Source of the DNA: Hydrolagus colliei
Taxonomy: Eukaryota
Assembly: GCA_035084275.1 (NCBI GenBank)
Contig: CM068755.1
Span: 9,486,001 to 9,550,000, forward strand
DNA length: 64,000 nucleotides
Reading direction: 5' to 3'
The notes under the pieces are model-generated. The model was not told where the DNA came from and did not search any database. It saw nothing but the letters and a program-made list of their open reading frames with translations. Positions 10,701-22,700 of this stretch are shown piece by piece (position 1 is the first letter of the stretch; every line of letters begins with the position of its first letter). The position numbers and the translations under genes are program-made.

Positions 10701-13700
10701 TAACACTGCAAGGAATTGCTCTTGAAATTGTACTGTATATATAAAAATATATAAAAGATCGTAAAAAGAAAATATATTTTCTAGCAGAGGACCAGGGCTG
10801 TACTTTGTAAAGCTAAATGCTTTAGCAACCTTAATCTGTAATGGATAATGGTTAAGAGTTATTATTTTATTCTCCATCTAATTATCCTGACCTTTCATGG
10901 CTTCTGCTGACTGAATCAGTTCCGTGACTGCTGAAGCTACTCGCTTAGAGTATCCAGACAACTGCTGTTTCTGGTCAGATGTGGGCTTCTGAACAATCTG
11001 TTAAAATGGGGGTGGGGTGGGGGGGTGGGTGGGGAAGAGAAAAAAAAAGTGATGATGACAGAATGCAAACAAAACTGGAAGACAAATGATATACTGTGCT
11101 CATTCTTCAAATCATTTCAACTCTCCGCATACAAGAATAGTCAAAACACAAACTTAATCTGAAATCCAACACTTTCTGCGAGCAGGCGGAAATATTTTGT
11201 GAAACACCATTGATTGTGAATATTTTAAAAGAAACTCCCTAATTGCTTTGTTCATTTAATGTCATTTCGTTGGGTTCATTTAACGTAAAAATAACAGTGA
11301 ATTATTTTAGCTGATAACTCACCACGAGAACATGGTCCAGCATTTCCATGTAGCTAACGGTGCATTCTGTTGCAAAATGCAGTGCTCGATTTCGTACATC
11401 TTCAGATACTTCTGAATGATAAGCTGCTTGCTACTCAAAACAAAAAGGCACATTAATCTTTTACAGACTGTTACAACGCAGAAAATAAAGCATTCAGCAC
11501 AACACAACCAGTTCTTGTTCTAGCCCATATTTATATTTCACTCGAGCTTCCATTCCTCTTAAGGCTCCTTCATATGCCCCTCTAGGAAGCGCTTGAAAGC
11601 ACTCCTTTAGTCATAGCTAATAACGCTGTACAAACTCACACTGTTAAAATCCGCTGTACCAAAAGCAGTCAATTACCTTGCAAGCGGTTAACATGTCAGC
11701 CATTGCTTTGCGACTGAGATTGGCTGTTGAAATCACATCATCTTGCCTGCACGAGTTGCCTGCTGCCACAGCTTTCGCAGTTGCAGTCGTAATGCCCTTC
11801 GTCATTCGGATGAATTCTTCAGGTGAATAAGTCTTTTCTGGCAGCTCCTTTGACTGGAACACCTGCAAGTGATAACAGAAGCAACATTTGACAAATTCTA
11901 CAGACACTGCAATCTATGTTCACACAATTCAATCTGCCTTATTTATCTAGGGTACGGTTGAGACTGACAATTTGTCATTTGCTTTTGGCTATCCTGCCTT
12001 AGGATGTACAATTAATACTGTGCTTGGTTGTATGTTGACTAAATTCATTCACGTACCGTCAGCTCCTGCTTGATACTTTCAATGGTGGCTTCGAGCGCCC
12101 TTGTGCCACGAGTTGCCTCATCCTCCACCGCTTTTACAGTTTTCAAAAGAGAGGTGACATTGGTAACCATCACCTAAGGAACAAAAAAACCCTGAATGTT
12201 CATTTCACAGAATTAATTAAAAAAAAACCTATAAACTATATGAACGAATGAAAGAAAATCACTGCAGAGCACTGATATCACATTTCCACCTAATGTTTCA
12301 ATTAAAACATATCTGCACAAAGAGAAGACACACACACACACAGACGGGCACTTACTTTGGCTGCACTCTTTAGCTGATACATGGATGGATCATCAGCCGG
12401 TTTGCCAGCAGCACATTTTGTTGCACTAATGAGGTCGGTTAGAGCCTTAGCCACATCTTTCACTGCATTAATTAGGACCACCTACAAAAATATAAAAAAT
12501 TCCCCGCAAGCTTTTCAAGCAATAACCTTATTCTTACAAATATATTCCATCCCAAATTTTTTTCACCTGTAATAAAATGTTGCAGTGCACGATTACTTCT
12601 TATCCAACACAAATATTTTTAAAAAACTTTCAATAAACTTAGGTCAAACATATTTCTTATAAACCCTTATATACTGTATATCAAAAAAAGCCTTGGCCTT
12701 TATGTTTCTAGTCATAAACTTGAGTGTACATACTCGATTTGATTACCACGATCATTTGCTAATCAATCAATAATATCTTTCAATATATTTACTCTCTCAA
12801 GCTCTTTTCCCCTGGTTGGAGAAACTATAACTAGGTTTTAAGATTAGGAGTCAGCCTTTTTGCACTGAGTTGAGGAAAAAAATTATGGAATTTTCTACCC
12901 CAAAAGTCTGTTGATGCTCAGTCCTTGAACATATTCAAGACTGAGATTGATATATTTCTTATGGATAAAGGGATTAAGGGATATGGGAATAAGGCGGGTA
13001 GGTGGAGTTAGATTAGAAGATCAGGCATGATCTTATTGAATGGCTGCGCAGGCTTGAGGGGCCGAATGACCTACTCCTGCTCCTAATTGTTATGTTCTTA
13101 TAATTTTGATCAGCAATGGGGTTCAAAAAAAAGAAAAACACTGAGTGAAACAAACCTGGGTCCTTTACGGGCTTTGGGAAAAAAAATCCAAATTGGTCTG
13201 TTTGAGAATATCCTGAATGGAATGGCTTTAGTTTAGTGCATCAAATCTAGTTTGCAAAGGTTGCAGATTAACTCCTGATATTAGGCTAATTCTAAATTGG
13301 CCACATTACCAGAATTTTTACCTGTGTTTCTGGGTCATTTGAACCAAGGCTGGCTGCTCCCTGCTTCACCACCTCAGCCAACTGTGTGATAGTGTTAACA
13401 GAAGAATGAGCAGCTTGTGCCAATTTTTCCTGGCTGGAAGCTGCACCAGATACAAGGAACTTTGTGTCCTCAACAAGAGCTTTAGCAGTTTTCAGGATAT
13501 TTTCCCTGGGAAACATAATTGTAAGAATAAAGCCGTCAAAAACAAAGTGGATAATAGCTCATCTTTAACAAAACAACCAAAATAACCCTCTCTCTCATGA
13601 AGAAACTGCACAATAGGTATCTTACCAGCTAGATTTTAAAAAATGGATCTTGCAGGAGAAGTTCTACTCGCTGAACAATTCATTAAAGAAACTCTTGCTT

Positions 13701-16700
13701 AGTCTTCAATTACAATGCAACTTAAATCCTTTCTGTTAATGATACTCTTGGATGTCAACACATTTTGATACAAGTTAAATCCTTTTAGAGTGATTCTGAT
13801 ATTCTTATAGAATACCTCACTCTCACTCACTGTAATCTCATACATCCTCCCCCAGTCATATGAAAATTCCTATTAATAATATGAAATCCTTTTGTCACTG
13901 TTGTTTTACGCTCTGGTGTGTGTGTGTGTTTTTAAAGGTGAAATTTCATAGTTTCTATCACCCTCTCCTTTGCAGGATTCTGAATGTGTACATTCTGTTT
14001 TTACAATGGAGCCTCTCCCGATTATCAACATTCCTCAAATTTGCCAATTTCTCTCTTTTCTTTAAAAACATTTCGAGTATAAGTACAGCTCAGCTTTGTT
14101 TTTAATCATGTTTTAGATTACAGTTTTTTAAGCAGCTACTGACCTCTGATTGACTGCAGTAACCTCTTCTACATAATATAATCACTTTAGCCAGTAATAA
14201 CAGTAGGACTGTTTTCTTGCCTACTCCCTTGCTTCCAAAGCTCATATATATATTATATTATCTATAAAAAAAATTAAATACTAAAACAGCTTGACTAAGT
14301 TATTTTCTTTAAAGTATTACATTGCCAAACCAGGACTGTCCAGAGCATTTGAACATCCTCCCGACATGAAAGTTGCCATAAATATGTAAATTGTTTTGAA
14401 TTGTATAAAGGTGTAATTTTAATTTATTCACCAGCTTTCCATAAGATACTGACCTGTGATCTGCAAATGACTCGTCATTCTCTGCATTCAGAGTACCAGC
14501 TGTAGCAAACATAATGGTGGTATCCAGATCTCCAATGATGCCAGACACTGCACTGGCTGCAGTAATACAAGCCTGTGTACCCCGGTTTCCTGCTTGCAGA
14601 GCAGACAGAACCAGGGAAACCTAGGCAGAAAGAAGATTTAAGCAAAATAACAATAATAATAGCGATGTAAAAGGTATAAGTCACCTTTTACTTTGTCAGG
14701 CTTATTTCAAAAGTCTATCAAAACAATGTGCAATGTTGCCCTTATTTTCATAGGAGACTATTTACCTAAAAGGCAAAAACTCCAGGAATGGACAAGTCCA
14801 TATAAGTGACTATGAATCCACTGCACTGATGCACTTACTGTTGAACGCAAAATCCGCAGCTCCTCACCTTTTCTGTCACAGCACGAGCACATTCAATCAG
14901 CTCTCTCTTTGTAAAGCTATCCGTGGGGCAAATTTGGAGTGCGCCGGCTTTTTGTACCAGAAATATACAGCCATGGCCAAGGTCCTGCACCCGGGTTTTG
15001 ATTTGGAATCCAATCTGCAGAGAGATTTAATTTTACAATTCAACATTGGTCATCACGAGTGGCACAAATTGTTGTCTGGGGATTGTCCATACGTTTTGTT
15101 TTCAAGATCTATCCACATTGACAGAAGGCACAAGGGTACACAATATTTCATTAATTTGCTGAGCTGGTAGCTGTACGAGTTTTGAAACCTGCAAGTTATA
15201 AGGGATATCTTGGAAGGTGGTTAATTTTTGCAAAGGCATTGACTGGACTTTAGGGTATCTCATTTTCCATGCCTCTCCCATTTTGTTCTTGGCACGGAGA
15301 GGTGGTGAACATATTGGCAGTGCCTGGCCCTGTTTAAGACTCAGTGGTGGGAAAGCTGAAAGCTGTCAGGGTTCAAACGAAACACACCTACATTAAATGG
15401 ATCACTCACTTCGGTGTCCAAATGAAGACATCACAGAACAATCCCCAGGTCATCATCTCATTGATCAGTCAGCATACTGCTCAGGGTTCTGAGTGGTAAT
15501 TTGATTCTTTAATTTCTGTGTAAAGGCTTGGGATGCCAACATTTCCACCATTCATGTTGTATTCCCTCTTTCAAAAATTAACTTAAAATTAGAAAATTAT
15601 TTTTCATCAAGACAAACGGGTGAATCTATTTAATTTCACTCAAATATAAATCGCCCTTTTAGCTTAGGCTGAAAGGGCGAAAGGGCTTTGTAGAGGAGAG
15701 GCAGAATTTTTTTTGCTGGGGGGCTTTCAGCCTTTGCTCAAAGTAGAAAGTATTACACTAATGAGAATATATCTGACCTCCTCCGTGTCAGCTGTTGCTG
15801 TCGCTAGTCGCCCCTGGTGAGCAAGATGGCTGTAATCAGTCGTCACTTGGGAAGCCAAACCACCCAGCTCTTCAGGGCTGGTGATAGATTTGGACATCTG
15901 CAAAATGAAACCATAAGAGTCGTTTACAGAGCGATGTTTATTTATACCATTTCATTCATCATGAACATGCCATTTGGCTGGCACCAATGCCATAAGTGAT
16001 AGCACATGTATAGCCACAAAGGTGAATTGCAATAATTTACATTTTTCGGTGGATCAGCTGCCACATCCTTATTTATAAAATATCAAATATGCAGCATTAA
16101 TTTACTCCGGATTTCAAAAAATAGAGTAATTTGCCTCAAGATTTAATCCTAACGAGTAGGTGGCTAAAATGAACAGAATGTTTGGGTAATAATAATCCTT
16201 GCATTTGATAGACAGCCTGATCACGTCTTTGAGGCGTCTCACAGAATATACTGTAAAGTGAATTAACTGTATTTTTTGTGGGTGAAATAATTTAGTAGTC
16301 TCAATCCCGGATCCAGAAAATCTCAACTACTCCATTATATTTGTTATGAAAAGGTCAAAAGAAATCTGTATTGATCCCTTACCATTTCCTGAGCAGTGAC
16401 TGCAATCGCTTTAGAATATTTTACCATCGTCGTTTGATAGTCAACATAAGTTCCTTCTGGCTCTGGTGGTGTGCCTTCATCAAGCTGGGAAAGAAAGAAG
16501 TGCAAGGTATTAAAGAGAGCGTCTCCCCCTAATAAACCCATCAATCAATAAAAATCCGATGATCAAGCATTGGAAATAGATGTGTACGAAATGTAACTAG
16601 CATTAAACATATATGTAGAAAGGTCTTCATTATCCTACTTCAGTACATTGCACTTTAAAGCTGATCTCTTTCTAGGAACCAAAGGATATTTTCTTTAAAA

Positions 16701-19700
16701 GTGATCTGTTGCTTTTTTTTGTGGGTTGGGTGGGGGCTGGGGGTGGTGGGGTGGGGGGGGGTGGGGAGGGTGGGGGGGGGTGGGGTGGGGGGGGTGGGGT
16801 GGGGTGGGTGGGGGTGGTGGGGTGGGGGGGGGAAGGTCGGAATTTACAAGCACAGTGAAGGGAAAACCCGAAAATCAAAGCACACCTTTGCGGTCAGCAC
16901 ATATTCTGATTGATGTATAGAAACAGGATCCCACCAGCTACACAAACTGTACTTGGCACATTGAGATGATTGGTATTAATGCAGCCGTGTGACACATTAG
17001 CTGTGAGGTCCATCAGGACTGTAGTTTGAGATTGTGAAACTTCCACTGGGACGATAAGAATGCGTTTATCAACTTTTCAATGAAAGGCAACAATATTTAT
17101 TTACCGTGCTGTAGTTACCCTTGCAGTACAACCACCGCATTGATTCTCTAGCAGGGGGACACTTGCTTGGCTTGAATAAATCAGCAGATCATGACAGGCA
17201 ATTTGGAAACGCACCAGATAGTGTGTCTCGCCCAAACCACTGAGTACTTACTCTGTTCATTGCTTCAGCAATCGCATCCACCATTCCACTGACCATACCC
17301 ACTTCACTTGCTGCCTCATTCAGAGTTAGCATAATATCATCCACTGCCTCCTTCATTAGCTGGGCTGCTTCTGCAATGGCATCATGTGTGTGTGAAGCCT
17401 GTGGAATTAATTCCATCATACACAAAAGTCATTTACTAGCGAATGTTAGGTGCTTTATATAACACTTGCTTATTTATAATCGGTTCCTATTTTCCTTTTA
17501 AAACATGTCGGGATGGAAACAAAAATAACCGTGGTCCCAGAAATTAAAAAAATAATATGTTCTATATATTGTGGAGCATGTTTTGTGCTAACCAGAGGAG
17601 TGAAACAGCTCTGGAGAATACGAGCACACCCAATAAAAGAAAACTGTTTGTCTGCACAGATTTGTCTGGTTTACACAATCATTCCAAACAAAGTACTGTA
17701 TGTGGACTTGCAAGATGGCTTTGTCCCCTTCTCTCCTGAGGCAGTAATTTATATTTGATTCTGATAGTACCAGTACTTACAGACTGTTAGTCTGGACAGT
17801 GAACGATTTGACCACGAGGTAATCATTGCCAAGTGATCTATTCCTCACCCGATGTCACAAGCTCACATTTTCTGATAGGATCATGTCAGAGTGATCAGTG
17901 GGAGAATCGGCGATTGCTCCCCTTGCTGGGTAAGGGGTGAAAGACATTATACAAATGTAATTTTGTTGTTGCTCTCGAGCTTTGGTGCTCTCACTGTTGC
18001 CACAACTGCGATGAGATAATAACTCCGCAAGTTAAGGAATTAAATTTGAGATCTTCCTGGGCTGTATGGGTCAGTGCCACACCAGGTGTCACATCTATCC
18101 ACTGAGCCATCAAGGAGCTCAGTGTTACATCACCATTCTCCATCCCTTTGACGACAGGTTTGAAATCTGCTGCAGCCAGAATACTTTTACCCTCTTCTTC
18201 ATAGATAGATGAGGACATGGGATTAAACAAATGCCTCATAGTACTTCCAACATCTATCTCAAATGCAGATATATTTTCTTAAAAATCACATTGCACAAGC
18301 CAAACAATTCAAGCTTAATTGATCACCGCAAAATCGGAAACCTGGATCAAGACTAACGGCGTTCAGGGGCTTTAGTGTGTTGCTTCCCACACCCTTGAGA
18401 AGAGGATGGGTCAATAATTTAGTCAAAAAGTTGCAGATTTTAAAGTTAAAAGGCAAGTATATGGCAAAATGCAACAGAATATTAGAATTGTGGGGATGAA
18501 GTGAAATTACAGAAAGTTGCTCAATGCAATATTTACAGTTTCTGTATCTTGGTCACAAAGTCATTTCTGTGCTGTCAGTCAAATCCACAGTAGGTGAAGG
18601 AGAATACAAAGGAAATTGATGCTTTAATTTACGGATCTTGGAATTTTAAACCCTTCTGCTTATGTGACTGACACACTGTAGCCTTATAGACTGAGATATA
18701 TATAATACAAAGGTTTTTCTTTCATTTCATTTTAGTTTCCCTACTGCTATTGCTGTGCTCATTCCTCAATAAGCAGCAGATTAGCTTCAAATTACAAAAC
18801 CATGCTGGATGCATCAGCTCAAATAAGCACTGGCAAAATGTTCATCTCAATTTTAGCTTGGATATAATTTTCGGATTCTCTGGTTTGGAAAATCAGTAAG
18901 CTATTGCTGAAGTTTTCTGAGGCACTAATAGATCATACAGTGATTAATCAACAAGCAATATCAACACAAATTCTAAATCATAAAGTACATTTGCCGGAGA
19001 ATGTTTAATAACAAAGATTTTTTTTTAAAAAATTGCCTTTCTAGGGCTATCTCGCCTACATGTTGCGTTAATCTTGATCCTTGGTGACACACCACATACA
19101 TGTTACAACACATTATGGGAACAAAAAGTAACTCCCGTGCATTAATGAAGTAAATGTCATAGCAAATCAGTAAAGAGTAGCAATGTGTTCAGCTGTGTAG
19201 AAGAAATAGGCTATAATTAGATCCACATCTGAGATGGCAGCAGCTGATTCAGTTATTGCTTTGCACAGCACTTTTAAATGGAATGTGTCACACACACAGG
19301 TCTTCCATAAATCTCTCACACCATAAAAAAAACTTGGATTAGGGATTTCTGAATTTCACTTTTCTTTTTTTTAAAAAATGTTATGGTACATACAAATTTG
19401 TCAGACCAAGAAACAATGAGGATTATGTACTCAAAATGTCTCAGGGTTCTTTGATTGGAATATCTTTTGTGAATTCTCCTTTCAAGTCAAATTATAAAGC
19501 TGTCCAATAATGTAAAGGACAAAATCATCAAAATATAGACTACAATATTTGCCACTATGGTGTTTGAAATGTCATCACAATTCTATAAAAATTTACACTT
19601 GCCAAATAAACCACCATGAAATTCAGAAAGCAGCATCAGCAGTTACTAAGTAAAGTGTTTTGGCACCAGCTGAGAGACAAATCAAATGCACTCAAGTATC

Positions 19701-22700
19701 TACATGACACTTTTTACCTTCCTGATACTTAAGTGCAGAGACGTAGTTACCCAAGTAAGGGTGGGAGTCTGAGTGGGAGCTTCATTCATCTGGACTCTGG
19801 CATTAAGTCCAATTTTCTCTACCAATGATGCTCTTTTGTTTAGTAAGTGGAGCAGTTTCATCTATTCTAAGTGATGCATGGAATCCAAGTCAAAAACCAT
19901 TATTAAAGCCACTACTGACAGCCTAGCTCAGCTGGCAGGACACTTGCCTCAAAGACAAAAAGTTATAGGTTCAAGTTCCACATCGGGTCTTGGAACTCCC
20001 ACATCAGGAATGTCTCTCTGAGCTGACACTCCAAGATAGCGCTTCACAGGATATACTGGGATGTGACGCATTGTTGGAGGTGTGGTCCTTCAGGTGAGAC
20101 ATTAAACAAAAGCCCCGGTCTATCTGTTCATGTGGTATTAAAGCTCCCATTCAAAAAGAGGGCCTGGCCAATATTCCTCCAAAATAAGTCATTAATTTCA
20201 TGGCTATTTGTGGAACACTGCTGTGTGCAAATTGGGTGCCGCATTTGCCCATAAAACACACAGAGTCTGTACTTTAACAGTTATATAGGGCCTTCGGACA
20301 TCCTCCTGACATGAAAGACGTTATACAAATGTCATTTTTTGCTGCTCTATCTTGGAAGAGCTTTGGAGATATCCTACCTACGTGAAAGGGACGATACCAA
20401 ATGTAACAGTAATTATTATTTATTATTCTTCAGTAGGAACTAACCATGGGCAGAAACCACATACAAAATGATGCTGGACTCGTAAGTGCAACAGCAACTG
20501 GTCTGTGAGAGTGGATTCAATTCTCCACCAGAGGACAGTGATTCAGACTGAAGCCTAAATGTTGAATGAGCAGGTTACCCAGCCCCCCCCGTCTCTTTCT
20601 TTCTCTCAAAGAGAAACCATAGGAGAAAAGACGACAAATAAACTTTGGATCGCAGCAGCAAAAGAAAATTCATCAGCAAAAGAAAATTCATCAGCTGGTG
20701 ATGGTGCTAAAACACCTCATTAACATCCCGCCACCATTAATTTTTCTAAAAAGAATGTTACACAAGTAATTCATTTTGGATGGTAGCAGAACTCCAACCT
20801 TTCATTAATGCCCAAAGATCCATTTCATAACACTCAAATGTTCACCTGAGCAGTCTGCATGATCAGCTGTTGTGATTTTGTTTCTGCCTAGGCACGTGCA
20901 TGATTAAGGTTCTGATCAATCACAAATAGAAGCAATCAAATACAGTAATAAAGATTGAATTTAGTAAACTGTTCAAAAGAACTTACATGACAACCCTGAA
21001 ATGCCCTCATCAAGCTGGCTCATCCCTGTCTGCAGTTAGTATGAATCACATGCCATTTTTACACTATATGTTTTTATCACACACAGAGAATTTTGAGCGC
21101 ATCACTTAATACTGTAACCTAGGAAAAACAATGAACAGCATGCAGTTGGCACATTGAATCTAAATCAAGTCGTTTTGGCACACATTATGCTGCACAATCA
21201 GGGTCACAGATGGGCACATACATATTGCTGCCCAGCACATAAATGCTTTAAGCAGAAATTCTTAAGCAGCCGACCAGCTTTCTGCACAGACAAGCACGCT
21301 GATTAGCTTACGTGTAGACACACATGCAATGCATTCCTGACAATAATCAGGCACTAATACACAGCTCAGCCAGCAATAACATTCTGACGTCATTGGCCGA
21401 GCATTATTTGCTTTCAAGCATGCAAAGGTGACATTGATTGGTAAACAAAGTCACTGAGGTGTTAAAATGGTTCTTGCGATAATCGGGTTTAGTTTATGAT
21501 GCATAAAGTACATTCACGCAACAAATAGTGCACATCGGCAAGAGCTAAGCAGATATAGGCAAAGGTGCAAGTTGCAGTGATTGAACAGATAACCAACAGT
21601 ATACACAATGCATTAGTTCTTAGAACAAACAGATCAATAACTTTACACCTTGTGCAACAATTTCAAAACTTCTTGTGTAATTGCCATAATGTGGTTACTG
21701 CAACAGTGAATGATGACACAAATTTTAAAATTTGAAGGGATCTCTGCGCAGATGTTTTTGCGTACATCTGTCAAAAGATCTTTACTAGGTTTTTCTCAGG
21801 TACACTGCCAACCCATGTGATGAGTACCAAACAGTTCATTTCAAAATTTAATTGCTTTTTAAAAAAAAATTGTTAAGCACTCTGCTAGGTATGCAACGGA
21901 TTACATTTTCACCGTTATATTTTCAAGTAAATATAAATATAGGGTTTTATCCTCAACTAAACGATAAAGGAGAAGAATGCAAGGGAGGCCTAAATAGTGG
22001 AATATTAATTTAAAAGTTTAAGACACACTGGATTTACAGACCAGAATATGTGCAACTCAATTGCACATAATGTTTTTCCGTATGGCTTGAATCAAACTTT
22101 CACAGCGTTTGATTCAAATTAAAACAGGCAATTGCTCAAGAAGCAAAAACAGAAATCTGGACAGATACATGAGCTGAAAAGAAAGAACAGTGGGTACACA
22201 CCGTGTGATAACATTCATGATCAGTGCTCTGTCCATGAATGTGAAGTGAGTAATCCTGCACATGTGCGGCAACAGGAACACAGCGTGAATAAGCACACAC
22301 CACACGTGAAACACGGGCAACTCAACACATCAAAAACAATTGAAAAACCCCCAATATTAAAGCTGTCACATACACATCTGGGGAACACAGATGAAAAGAA
22401 AACATCTAAACAAAACAAAAACAATTAGTCACATGTGTCATTTGAAACATTGAACAATTCACAGTTAGACATTCATTACTCTGGTTTCCAAACACATTTT
22501 ACACAACTGTTAGTGATTTGAATTGGATTAGTGGCACATCGAAGCAGCCATTTTCCATGCAGTGGTAGGGGGGGGGAGGGAATTCTATCAACTCTTGTGG
22601 ATATATCAAAAAAACTGCAGTTCATTAATTTAAAGACACCGCCAAATTGGTATGTTAATATCAGATTCATATAATGAGTTCAATGTATTAGGAATTCACA

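Noticed and set aside
16672-16920. Pro-rich and Gly/Trp-rich ORFs
   Set aside because: Translation artefacts of the G-tract.
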